64,000 nucleotides of DNA from Myxococcales bacterium. GTDB lineage: Bacteria > Myxococcota_A > Polyangia > Polyangiales > Polyangiaceae. Under the pieces are notes generated by a model, which did no database searches, was not told the origin of the DNA, and worked only from the letters and a program-made list of their open reading frames with translations. The translations under genes were made by a program, and so were the position numbers. Below are positions 55,077 to 64,000 of the stretch, in pieces (position 1 is the stretch's first letter; every line of letters begins with the position of its first letter). The DNA lies in the NCBI GenBank assembly GCA_043747615.1, contig JAYTOU010000086.1, positions 8,191 through 72,190 of the forward strand. The letters are read 5' to 3'.

Positions 55077-55799
55077 ATGATCGAAATCACGATGGCGGGC
55101 CCCTCGAAAAACGCGCTGAACGAATCGATGCTCACCTTCATCATCGATCGGCTGCGCGAGGCGGCCGGGCGTCCCGTGCTTCTCACCGGGACGGGCAACG
55201 CATTCTCGGCGGGGCTCGATCTCAAGCACTTGGTGGCACTCGACGAGCACGGAATGGAGGGCTTTCTCCGACTCCTCGAGGAGTGCATGGTTGCGCTTTA
55301 TCTGTACCCAGGGCCGACGGTTGCCCTTTTGAACGGACACGCGATCGCGGGTGGGTGCGTCCTCACGCTCTGCTGCGATCGCCGGATCGTGATCAGCGAT
55401 CCGTCTCTGAAGATCGGCCTCAACGAAGTCGCGCTTGGAGTGCGCTTTCCTCCGCGGACGCTCGCCATCGTGCGCCACCGCGTCCCCACCCAGCACCATG
55501 AGGAGGTGCTCCTCGGAGCTCAGCTCTTCGATCCGCCGAACGCGCTTCGTCTTGGTCTGGTCGACGAAATTCACACGATCGAATCCGCTCGGTCTCACGC
55601 GCTCGACATCGCACGTCAGCGGCTGCAGGCGCTCGCGTCCAGCCCGGCCGCAGCGTACGCGGCTACGAAAACGGATCTGCGAGGGACGAAAGAATCGCTG
55701 TGCTCCGACGCAGAGGAGGAGCGGCGCTTGAAGGGCTCGCTCGGAATGTGGACCTCGCCCGTGGTGAAGGAAAAAATCGCCGCTGCCCTCGCGCGCTGA
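55077..55799 (+). CDS. Enoyl-CoA hydratase/isomerase family protein
   Basis: NAL, FSAGLDL, PTVALLNGHAIAGGC, IGLNEVALG, ALRLGLVDE. Confidence 0.9.
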   Translation: MIEITMAGPSKNALNESMLTFIIDRLREAAGRPVLLTGTGNAFSAGLDLKHLVALDEHGMEGFLRLLEECMVALYLYPGPTVALLNGHAIAGGCVLTLCCDRRIVISDPSLKIGLNEVALGVRFPPRTLAIVRHRVPTQHHEEVLLGAQLFDPPNALRLGLVDEIHTIESARSHALDIARQRLQALASSPAAAYAATKTDLRGTKESLCSDAEEERRLKGSLGMWTSPVVKEKIAAALAR

Positions 55800-55865
55800 A
55801 AACAGCGAAAATGTCGGTGCTAGGCGGCGGCGGGGAGCGAAAGTCCGTGGTACGTTGCCAGCATC

Positions 55866-57209
55866 GTGTCCAACCGCCTTGCTCTGACCGGCGCAACGGT
55901 CTCTGTCTTTGTGTGCCTCGTTCTTGCCGGACTCCACGGTTGCAGTCGCGACGCCGTGCAATCGCCGCCGACGTTGCCGTCCACGGGGTGTGCGCCGGTC
56001 GATGCAGGTCCGGCAACGGGGCCGAAGTTCTGCGATCTCCCGGGAGGGGACGCTCCGGAAATTCAGGCTCCCGCCGGATTCTGCGTTCACGAGTTCACGC
56101 TCGGCAAGAACGACACGCTGCCCGAGGTCCGCGTGATGCGCTTCGCGCCGAACGGAGATCTCTTCGTCGCGGCGCCGAACTATCCCACGCCGGGGGGAGC
56201 GGCGAACGGCGCGGGCGCGATCCTCGTCCTGCCCGACGACAACCACGACGGGAAGCTGGACAAAGTCATCCGGTACGCCGGTGCGCCCGCTCCGTCCCCA
56301 TCCGTACCGTGCAGCACCCAGGAGCAAGACCCCGCGAACCTCGCCTGCGTACACGGGCTCGTCTTCTCCGACGGTTACGTGTATTATACACGTAGCGACG
56401 AGCTCCGGCGTTTTCCATACAAAGACGGGGATCGCGTATCCCCCACAGTCGGCGGCGATCTCGTGGGGACGCTCGGCGGAAAAGGTCTCCCAGACCTCCG
56501 CTGGACCCACGGGATGGATCGCGCGAAGGACGGAACCATCTACGTCACGCGTGGCCGCTTCGACGGCAACTGCAGCGTGGACACCATGAAGGACGGTGCG
56601 GTGCTCGCGTTCTCGATCGCGCCGGGAGCGCCGTTCCCGCTGACGCCGACGGTGATCGCCGACGGCTTCCGCGATCCGCTCTACATACGCTGCCAGCCGG
56701 GCTGCGGCGACTGCTACACGAACGAGCTCTCGGGCGACGGATGGGACTCGATCGGCGGACGCGAAAAGCTCGCGCTCATTCAGCCTGGCGGTCACTGGGG
56801 CTATCCGTGCTGCGTGACGCGCGACAAGCCTGCGGCCGGTGGCACCCCCGAGCAGTGCGCAAACCTCGGCAGCGACGGAACGGTCATTCCGCTTCACGAC
56901 ACACCCTTCGGCTTGGATTTCGAAGAGGGTTATTTTCCCGCGCCTTATACGTTCGGCGTCTTCGTTGCACTTCACGGTTCGTTCGGCGGATGGAAGGGAA
57001 CGGCCGTCTCTTGGCTTCCGACCGATCCCACGACCCACCGGCCGACGGGCACGCCAAGCGTCTTCGCCACCGGTTGGGGCCACGGCAATTCGATCGAAGG
57101 TCGGGCTACGGACGTCGCGTTCGCTCCCGACGGACGCCTCTTCGTCGCCGACGACACCTCCGGTCGCATCTTCTGGATCGCCCCAAGAACGTTGCGTTCC
57201 GCCAAGTAG
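55866..57209 (+). CDS. PQQ-dependent sugar/sorbosone dehydrogenase-like beta-propeller lipoprotein
   Basis: Signal with LHGC; PAGF.V..F, FAPNGDLFV, ADGFRDP, HWGYPCC, ALHGSF, GRATDVAFAPDGRLFVADD. Confidence 0.8.
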   Translation: MSNRLALTGATVSVFVCLVLAGLHGCSRDAVQSPPTLPSTGCAPVDAGPATGPKFCDLPGGDAPEIQAPAGFCVHEFTLGKNDTLPEVRVMRFAPNGDLFVAAPNYPTPGGAANGAGAILVLPDDNHDGKLDKVIRYAGAPAPSPSVPCSTQEQDPANLACVHGLVFSDGYVYYTRSDELRRFPYKDGDRVSPTVGGDLVGTLGGKGLPDLRWTHGMDRAKDGTIYVTRGRFDGNCSVDTMKDGAVLAFSIAPGAPFPLTPTVIADGFRDPLYIRCQPGCGDCYTNELSGDGWDSIGGREKLALIQPGGHWGYPCCVTRDKPAAGGTPEQCANLGSDGTVIPLHDTPFGLDFEEGYFPAPYTFGVFVALHGSFGGWKGTAVSWLPTDPTTHRPTGTPSVFATGWGHGNSIEGRATDVAFAPDGRLFVADDTSGRIFWIAPRTLRSAK

Positions 57210-57222
57210 CCGCCGCGCGACC

Positions 57223-58653
57223 CTACTGGAGCTTGTCGGCTTTGATGCGGTCGACGGTCACGAACTGCCCTGCCTGAACTTTCCAGATGATGTAGTTGCC
57301 AATCACGTCGCCGTATTCGTCGAAGTCCACAGGGCCGGAAGCGCCCACATAGTCGATGTCCTCACCATGACGAATGGCAACGAAGGCTTCGGCGAGCTCC
57401 GCCGGTCCGAAGGGTCTTCCCACCCTGGAGACCGCAACGAGGGAGTCGCGGATCTTGATGGGATCCGTCGTGGTTCCCGCCTGCTCGATCGCCAGAGCCG
57501 CGAGGATCGCTGCGTCGTAGAAGGTGGCCACTTTGCCGGGTAAATCTTTCGCGCCGGGGTCGAGCGCAAACTGCGTCAGGTACAGATTCTTGAAATCCCC
57601 GTACTGCGAAGTCTCCGGATTCGGATCCGGGTTCGTCCCGTAGATGCCTTCGACCACCGTGGGCGACATCGGGTTCGTCTTGTCCAGACGCCCGTTCGAG
57701 ATGAACGTCGGCTTGTAAACGCCGTCACTTCCGATGATGAAAAAATTCGCTGGCAACGAAGAGGAGGAGGCCTTCCGCAGCTCGGCGACGACCTCGTCTC
57801 CTGCGGGATCGAACATGATGAGGACCAAGCACTCGGGACGCGGCGCGAGGATGGCGTTGATGGTCGGGGCGTACGAGGCCTGGAGCGTCGAGGGAATGGG
57901 CAGGTTCGCGACCACCGTTCCGCCGCGCTTCGTGAACTCTGCGACCGTCGCCGCGGCAAATGGATTTCCGTAGGGGTCGTCGCTGTGGACGATGGCCATC
58001 TTCGCGCAGCCGTTGATGATGGGCTGAACGGGGCCGGCATCTCCCGCGTCGCTGCTGCCCGAGTCGACCACGCCGGCATCTCCGAGGACGCGATCGGAGG
58101 GGCCGTTGATGGCAAGAATGGCCACCGCTTTGCCCTGCAGCGTATCGGGCGGAATAGTGCGGAAGAGGAACCGATTGATGGGGGCCTGCGCATCGCTCAG
58201 CGACGGCGACGTCGCCGAGCCGGAGATCTCGATGACCTGGCGCTTGGCGATCTGATCCTGGACCGAGAGCACCTGCGTGCTGCCACGTGGACCAAGGATG
58301 GCCACCGCTCCTTCGTCGATCATCCCTTTCACGATCCCCGCCACGACGGAGCCTGTATCGGTCGCGTCGTCGACGACTTTGAAGTTCACGCGCCGACCGA
58401 GGACTCCGCCGTTGGCGTTGATCTGCTGCTCGGCGACACGCACTGCATTTTGAATGGGCAAACCCGACGCTCCCAGATCTCCAGACAGAGCGATGCTCAC
58501 GCCGATTTCGATCGGCTTACCTGCGTCGGGAGCTTCGGTGACCGCGGTGTTCTTCGAGCAGGCCGCGGCGAACGAAAAAGCCACCACCGGAATGAGGAGG
58601 GCGGGCACGAGAAGCCATCGCCGAGAGTGGGCATGCCGCGAGCTCGGAACCAT
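57223..58653 (-). CDS. Branched-chain amino acid-type periplasmic binding lipoprotein (LivJ/LivK-like)
   Basis: AAAC lipobox; IGVSIALSG, QINANGGVLG, SATSP.LS, FRTIPPD.LQG, YDAA, YVGASGPVDFD..GD. Confidence 0.88.
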   Translation of the reverse strand: MVPSSRHAHSRRWLLVPALLIPVVAFSFAAACSKNTAVTEAPDAGKPIEIGVSIALSGDLGASGLPIQNAVRVAEQQINANGGVLGRRVNFKVVDDATDTGSVVAGIVKGMIDEGAVAILGPRGSTQVLSVQDQIAKRQVIEISGSATSPSLSDAQAPINRFLFRTIPPDTLQGKAVAILAINGPSDRVLGDAGVVDSGSSDAGDAGPVQPIINGCAKMAIVHSDDPYGNPFAAATVAEFTKRGGTVVANLPIPSTLQASYAPTINAILAPRPECLVLIMFDPAGDEVVAELRKASSSSLPANFFIIGSDGVYKPTFISNGRLDKTNPMSPTVVEGIYGTNPDPNPETSQYGDFKNLYLTQFALDPGAKDLPGKVATFYDAAILAALAIEQAGTTTDPIKIRDSLVAVSRVGRPFGPAELAEAFVAIRHGEDIDYVGASGPVDFDEYGDVIGNYIIWKVQAGQFVTVDRIKADKLQ

Positions 58654-58676
58654 CGCGCGAGTGTACACGGGCGTAT

Positions 58677-59177
58677 ATGATCGACGTGATGGATCGTCGT
58701 GGCGCACTGGCTGTTTTTGCGGCTCTGCATATCGTCTTGGCGTGCAAGGCGGAGGGCGAATCTCCTTCCGAGCGCACGTCACCACGCGCGACGAGCCTCC
58801 GGTTCGTGAGCGCGCCTCCGGAAGGCGAGGTGGCAACGCTCGTTCAACGCGAGGCGGAAAAGGCGAAGCGGGACGGGCGCACACTCCTCGTCTACACGGG
58901 CGCGGTGTGGTGTGACCCGTGTCGACGCTTTCACGAGGCCGCGACACGCGGAGAGCTCGGAGCGGAGCTCGATGGGATAACGCTCCTCGAGTTCGATCTC
59001 GATCGCGATGCTGAACGCCTGCGTGCTGCTGGCTACAGCTCGAAGTACATCCCGCTCTTCGTGCGCCCCGCCGCCGACGGACGCTCGACGGGCAAGCAGA
59101 TCGAGGGCTCCGTAAAGGGCGACGGAGCGGTTCGAGAAATCTCCCCCCGCCTCGCCGCGCTCGTGCGATCAGAGTAA
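58677..59177 (+). CDS. Thioredoxin-like lipoprotein
   Basis: IVLAC lipobox; GAVWCDPC active site; IPLF cis-Pro motif. Confidence 0.82.
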   Translation: MIDVMDRRGALAVFAALHIVLACKAEGESPSERTSPRATSLRFVSAPPEGEVATLVQREAEKAKRDGRTLLVYTGAVWCDPCRRFHEAATRGELGAELDGITLLEFDLDRDAERLRAAGYSSKYIPLFVRPAADGRSTGKQIEGSVKGDGAVREISPRLAALVRSE

Positions 59178-59180
59178 TCG

Positions 59181-60056
59181 ATGACGTTCACAGTGACCGA
59201 AACATCCGGCAGGGTGGAGCTCGCCGATGCGAGCGCAAACAGCGTCGTCGTCATTGCCCCCGAGCGCGGAGGGATGGCCGTCCGCTTCACCGTCGGAGGG
59301 CGCGACCTTTTCTTCATGGACGAGGCGACGCTGCTCGATCCCGCCGCGAATGTGCGGGGCGGTAACCCCGTTCTCTTTCCGTCACCCGGCAAGCTAGAGG
59401 GCGACCGCTGGACCCACGACGGTCAGGAACGAGCCATGAAACAGCATGGATTCGCCCGAAATTTAGGGTGGGCGGTCACCGAGCAAGAGACCGAGGACCG
59501 CGCGTCCGTCACCCTCATCCTTACCTCGAGTGACGCCACCAAGGCGCTCTTTCCGGCGGAGTTTCGCTTCGAGCTGACGTACACGCTCAGGGGCACCTGC
59601 TTGCACATCGCGCAGCGGATCGAAAACACAGGCGACGATCCGATGCGGTTCGGAGTCGGCTTTCACCCGTACTTTCAGGTGGACGACAAGGCCTCCGCGC
59701 GCATCGACACGGCCGCCACGAGAGCGTTCGACAACGTGACCAAGAAAGAGATCCCCTTCACCGGGTTCGATCTCACCTCGCGTGAAGTCGATCTCCACCT
59801 CGTCGATCACGGAGCGACGTCGAGCGCGCTCACCTGGGGAGACGGAGCGCGGCTCGCGATCAATGCCTCGCCCGAGTTTACGCATTGGGTCGTGTGGACG
59901 CTCGAGGGGCGCCCGTTCGTCTGCGTCGAGCCCTGGACGTGCCCGGGAAATGCCCTCAACACCGGGGATCGACTCATCACGCTTTCATCCGGGGAAACAG
60001 GCCTCTTCTGGATCGACCTGACTTTCGCGGCGGTCCGTCCCGACGCTCCCGAATGA
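59181..60056 (+). CDS. Aldose 1-epimerase / galactose mutarotase family protein
   Basis: PERGG, VRGGNPVLFP, QHGFARN, GFHPYF, FVCVEPWT...NALNTG. Confidence 0.9.
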   Translation: MTFTVTETSGRVELADASANSVVVIAPERGGMAVRFTVGGRDLFFMDEATLLDPAANVRGGNPVLFPSPGKLEGDRWTHDGQERAMKQHGFARNLGWAVTEQETEDRASVTLILTSSDATKALFPAEFRFELTYTLRGTCLHIAQRIENTGDDPMRFGVGFHPYFQVDDKASARIDTAATRAFDNVTKKEIPFTGFDLTSREVDLHLVDHGATSSALTWGDGARLAINASPEFTHWVVWTLEGRPFVCVEPWTCPGNALNTGDRLITLSSGETGLFWIDLTFAAVRPDAPE

Positions 60057-60116
60057 CCGTAGTCGCCGCCGTTCGAATGCCGACGCGCGGCAACGCGAGA
60101 CGCGTCACGTAGCCGC

Positions 60117-60620
60117 TTAGTCGTTGAGAGCTTGGCGTGCGGGGGGCGGGTGATCTCGGAAAAGGCGCATGGCGAGGCCGACCCTGTGGCGTGACTCATT
60201 GACGCCGCGGCAGCCCGGACCGCCGGCTGCGTAGTGGCCGAGCCGCTCCTCGAGAGGGTTCGCTCCGCATACGGCGAACGAGGCGCGGATCATTTTCAAT
60301 CCCGCGTGGAGGCAGGTCGAAAGATCCGTCAGCATCGCTTCGCGCGTTACGCCGAGAGCCTTCAGGTTCGATTCTCCCACCTGCAGCATGCAGAGCGAGC
60401 GACCGTTGTCGCCCACGGCGTCTGGACGAAAGCGACTCTCGAACCAGCCGATCGCAACGAGGAGCGCGGCCGTACGATCCGCGCCGTGCTCTCCGGCGAA
60501 GACGGGCTCGGCCTTGGCGACCTCGGAGATCGTTTCTGCGGTTTGCAAGTAGCTGTCGCGCCACGGGGTGACTCCGGGGGGCTGCAGTAAAAGCATGAGC
60601 GAAAGAATCCAAGTCGACAT
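60117..60620 (-). CDS. Small secreted lytic transglycosylase-like (SLT) protein
   Basis: LLVAIGWFESRFRPDA (catalytic ES), SLCMLQV (GLMQ-like), LGHYAAG (AYNAG-like); hydrophobic N-terminus. Confidence 0.6.
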   Translation of the reverse strand: MSTWILSLMLLLQPPGVTPWRDSYLQTAETISEVAKAEPVFAGEHGADRTAALLVAIGWFESRFRPDAVGDNGRSLCMLQVGESNLKALGVTREAMLTDLSTCLHAGLKMIRASFAVCGANPLEERLGHYAAGGPGCRGVNESRHRVGLAMRLFRDHPPPARQALND

Positions 60621-60874
60621 CCGTGAGGCCCTCGTGACGATCGAAAGTGACCCTCCGTGCGGAGCGTGGGGGCTTGGATGCACGCCCATGCGCGAACCGC
60701 AGCGCGACCGGCCGTGGGAGTCGCCGGGTGAGCGGGGAGCGTGGGCATGTCGAGATCCAGGGTCGACCCCCCAGGGGGCTACCCGGCGCCCCCCAAATAA
60801 CGCGACGAGCACCGTGAAAACGCGGGTATTTTTGCGGTCTAGCGTTGGCGCGAAACCTGCTCCCTGTTTCTGCC

Positions 60875-61582
60875 ATGACGCGATCGTTGGGAGTCCTGTG
60901 TGCTTTTTCCGCCGCCGCAATCGTGGCGTGCTCGAGCAGTGACACCGCCCAAGAGGCGACGGGCGGCCCCGGCTCCATGGGCACCCAGCCCGCCGTTGGC
61001 GATCCTCCCAAGAAGGACGCGGGGACGGTGATCATCGACAGCGGTGCGGCGCACGATCCTCTGGACGATCCCTTCACGTGCACGCCTGGGGCGACGCCGA
61101 CGGAGTTCTATGCGCTCGCGTCTCCGCGACTCGGCCACACGGACATCACCTCGATGTGTCGCTTCCGCGGTTCGGTGGTCCTCGTCGTGAACACTGCTTC
61201 GCAATGCGGATACACGCCGCAGTACACGCCGCTCGAGGCGGTCTACGAAAAGTACCATGCGCAGAAATTCGCGATTCTTGGCTTTCCCTGCAACCAATTC
61301 GGTGGGCAAGAGCCGGGAAGCGCGGCCGACATCAGCTCGTTTTGCACCGGTCACTACGGAATTACATTTCCGATGTTCAACAAGATCGACGTCAACGGAG
61401 CGGCGACGGATCCCATCTACGCATGGCTGAAAGCGCAGCCTGGCGGCGCGGGCGACATCACGTGGAACTTCAACAAATTCCTCCTAGGCCGCGACGGCAA
61501 GCTCATCAAGCGCTACCCGTCTGACACCACGCCCGACTCTGCGGCGATCACCGCTGACATCGAAGCGGCGCTCGCCAAGTAA
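60875..61582 (+). CDS. Glutathione peroxidase-family lipoprotein
   Basis: IVAC lipobox; VVNTASQCGYTPQY, GFPCNQFGGQEPG, FPMFNKIDVNG, WNFNKFL. Confidence 0.92.
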   Translation: MTRSLGVLCAFSAAAIVACSSSDTAQEATGGPGSMGTQPAVGDPPKKDAGTVIIDSGAAHDPLDDPFTCTPGATPTEFYALASPRLGHTDITSMCRFRGSVVLVVNTASQCGYTPQYTPLEAVYEKYHAQKFAILGFPCNQFGGQEPGSAADISSFCTGHYGITFPMFNKIDVNGAATDPIYAWLKAQPGGAGDITWNFNKFLLGRDGKLIKRYPSDTTPDSAAITADIEAALAK

Positions 61583-61620
61583 GCCCAGCGCCGCTCGGTC
61601 ATCCGTTCAAAGCCGCTGGT

Positions 61621-62055
61621 CTAGAGACACATGCTCACGCCGCCAGCGTGCGGGCAGTGCGTCGTCGGATCCGACATCGACGAGGCGTAGCCGCAGTGCT
61701 GCGTTCGACAGGGAAGATCCCAGGTCGTTTGCGAAGCGCACGCTGCGAGGCAACCGGCGCCCGCGGGCGATTGGGTCGGGCAGGTGCTCTCCATGCAGGT
61801 GCAGTACGCCTGACAGGCGAGGGAGGGACCCGAGTCCATCGTCCCCGTGTCATTCGTGTTGATCGCCGAATCCTGATTGCTTCCCGTGTCCTGCGCGGTG
61901 GCTCCGTCGGACCCTCCGCCGTCACCGGTGGCGCTGATTGCGTCTGCGCCGCCTCCGCCGTCGTTCGCGCCGCCGGTCGATGTCGTGCTCGAGGAGCACG
62001 CCACAATGATTCCTGCTGCCCCGATTCCCCAAACCAGATAGCCGATTTTTCGCAT
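61621..62055 (-). CDS. Cys-rich lipoprotein
   Basis: IVAC lipobox; S/T/G/D linker; C-terminal domain with 10 Cys ending HCPHAGG...C. Confidence 0.78.
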   Translation of the reverse strand: MRKIGYLVWGIGAAGIIVACSSSTTSTGGANDGGGGADAISATGDGGGSDGATAQDTGSNQDSAINTNDTGTMDSGPSLACQAYCTCMESTCPTQSPAGAGCLAACASQTTWDLPCRTQHCGYASSMSDPTTHCPHAGGVSMCL

Positions 62056-62108
62056 TGAAGACCTCGTTGGTCGGATCCTAAACCCTCTGTCGTGCTACGT
62101 CGCGCACG

Positions 62109-62651
62109 GTGAGCCCCGTTTCCCGCAAATTGTTTTTTAAGGTCAAGACCTCGCGCATCGAAGGACGAGGAGCCTTCGCGGTGAGGTTCATCCGCAAGGG
62201 CACACGCATCATCGAATACGTCGGGCAGCGCATCACCAGCGCCGTGGCCGACGCGCGCTACGACGACGCACGGAGTCTCCCTCACCACACTTTCCTCTTT
62301 GCGCTGGACGACGACACCGCCATCGACGCGGCCTACGAGGGGAACGACGCGCGCTTCATCAACCACGCATGCGAGCCAAACTGCGAGGCGATCATGGAGG
62401 GCGATCGCGTCTTCATCGAAGCACTGAAGAGCATCCGGATCGGCGAAGAGCTCGTCTACGACTACCGCTACGTGGTCGATGCCGACTACGACGACGCCGA
62501 GCTCCGGGCGATCTACCCGTGTCGCTGCGGCGCCGAGACGTGCCGCGGGACCATCGCCATCCGCCAACGACGGCGCGCACCGCGTCGCACGCGAGCGAAG
62601 CTACCGGAAAGAAACGCACGTGACCGGGCGCCGCGACAACGCATTGAGTAG
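62109..62651 (+). CDS. SET-domain protein (lysine methyltransferase-like) with post-SET zinc motif
   Basis: SRIEGRGAFA, IIEYVG, ARFINHACEPNC, GEELVYDY, CRCGAETCRG. Confidence 0.92.
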   Translation: MSPVSRKLFFKVKTSRIEGRGAFAVRFIRKGTRIIEYVGQRITSAVADARYDDARSLPHHTFLFALDDDTAIDAAYEGNDARFINHACEPNCEAIMEGDRVFIEALKSIRIGEELVYDYRYVVDADYDDAELRAIYPCRCGAETCRGTIAIRQRRRAPRRTRAKLPERNARDRAPRQRIE

Positions 62652-62720
62652 GTTTTTTGGCGCGCACGCTGACCGGAACATGACGACGCCAGAGCGGGTA
62701 CGGTGTACACCCGACGCTGG

Positions 62721-63836
62721 ATGACTCTTCAAACCATTGGGTCCTACGCGAGCAAGCTCAGGCCCGAGCTTTCGGCCGATGCCTTCGAGCCTGCGCGCTC
62801 GCGGCTCCTGTGGATCCCGGTGCACGTGGGCATCATCGTCCTCGCAGCCACGGCGATTGCACGTGGTTGGGTTGCGTGGCCGTTCGCGTTCCTCCTGTCC
62901 CTCGTGATCGGCGGAAGCTTCGGCGGGCTGACCTTCCTCGCCCACGAGACGCTCCATGGCGGCGTCGTTCGGGGCAAGCGTCTTCGTCATCTCGTCGGTT
63001 GGATCGGCTTCTGTCATTTCTTCGTGTCGCCGACCTTGTGGATCGCATGGCACAACAAGGTCCACCACGGCAACGCCGGTAGCAAAACAGGCGCGGATCC
63101 GGACGCGTACCCGATGCTCGCACAGTATCAAAATAGCCGCGCCGTTCGGATCGTGACCGATACGTTCTCGCTCGGTGCCGACCATCGGTGGGGCGTGCTC
63201 AGCTTGTTCTTCGGCTTCACCGGGCAGAGCGGCCAGGTGCTGGTCACCGCGCGCAAGCTTCTCGGCATGTCGGCGTCCGAGCACCGGCGCGTCATCGCCG
63301 AAGTGGTCCTCGCCGTCGTCCTCTGGGGAACGGTCGCCGTCGTCGTCGGCCCGCTGGCGTTTCTCTTCATCTACGGAATTCCGCTGGTCGTCGCCAACGC
63401 CGTCGTCATGGCGTTCATCCTCACGAACCACAGCCTCAGTCCACGCACCGAGATCAACGACCCGCTCGCGAACTCGCTGAGCGTGACGACGCCGCCGCTC
63501 GTCGAGTGGCTCACCCTTCGATTCGGGTACCACGTCGAGCACCACCTTTTTCCGGCGATGAGCTCGCGCCACGCGCCGCAAGTGCGGGACCTGATCCGCG
63601 CACACTGGCCCGAGCGCTATCAGTCGATGCCACTCACCGATGCGCTCATCGCCATGACGCGCACGGGTCGGGTCTACAAGGACGACACGACGCTCATCGA
63701 TCCGCTGACGGGACAGGAGTCGCCGACCCTCGCGGCCGGCGTCGCGAGTGCGTTGCCCGCCCCCATCAGACCGCGCGTCGCATCCCCGCGCGGGAAGCCT
63801 GCCGCGGCGAGCCTCTCGTTCGATCTACACGAGTAA
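62721..63836 (+). CDS. Membrane fatty acid desaturase family protein
   Basis: His boxes HETLH, HNKVHH, HVEHHLFP; DPD; TM segments. Confidence 0.9.
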   Translation: MTLQTIGSYASKLRPELSADAFEPARSRLLWIPVHVGIIVLAATAIARGWVAWPFAFLLSLVIGGSFGGLTFLAHETLHGGVVRGKRLRHLVGWIGFCHFFVSPTLWIAWHNKVHHGNAGSKTGADPDAYPMLAQYQNSRAVRIVTDTFSLGADHRWGVLSLFFGFTGQSGQVLVTARKLLGMSASEHRRVIAEVVLAVVLWGTVAVVVGPLAFLFIYGIPLVVANAVVMAFILTNHSLSPRTEINDPLANSLSVTTPPLVEWLTLRFGYHVEHHLFPAMSSRHAPQVRDLIRAHWPERYQSMPLTDALIAMTRTGRVYKDDTTLIDPLTGQESPTLAAGVASALPAPIRPRVASPRGKPAAASLSFDLHE

Positions 63837-64000
63837 CGTCTCGTACGTGTTGTCTTCCCAGTCGTTACTCAGCTCTTCCACGATGAGCGCGACATACCGG
63901 GACTAGTGCCTCGGTTCTACGGAATGGAAGGGTATAGGCGGCGAAGCTTGATCCGTGCGTCTGCGGCGGAGAAACGCCATTTCACTTTCCCCGTCGTGCG

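Noticed and set aside
63831..63870. Inverted repeat GAGTAACG...CGTTACTC after the desaturase as a terminator
   Set aside because: Long loop and no U-tract; insufficient support.

Overview
High-GC, gene-dense chromosomal segment. The taxon is inferred to be a myxobacterium, probably Polyangiaceae/Sorangiineae-like, from a MYXO-CTERM-like protease, a Tgl-like TPR lipoprotein, the mevalonate pathway, a Hanks-type kinase and many lipoproteins with DAG/DGG linkers. About 60 CDSs and one tRNA-Leu(GAG) are supported; no mobile elements, CRISPR arrays or rRNA were seen. Left part: bioB; a minus-strand run of NUDIX, NAD kinase, FabH, secreted partner, matrixin, lpxB and a GT39-like transferase; a five-gene MoxR/DUF58/VWA operon led by a Gln/Gly-rich coiled-coil membrane protein; gshA; and idi-2/GAF/receiver/trpF. 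Middle: a mevalonate operon running directly into nfeD, two flotillins and a sensor-less hybrid kinase; tRNA-Leu; hisB; then crp, tgl, rodZ-like, recO, pfkB, DUF971, murJ and engB. Right part: accessory genes. The best candidate for an undescribed system is the four-gene operon at 46190-49987 (ferritin-like diiron domain apparently fused to an SxtJ-like membrane tail, SxtI/NodU-type carbamoyltransferase, SxtK/DUF5989-like peptide, Trm112-like/SAM methyltransferase). All calls come from motif recognition by eye; no database searches were run, and refined start codons are best guesses.
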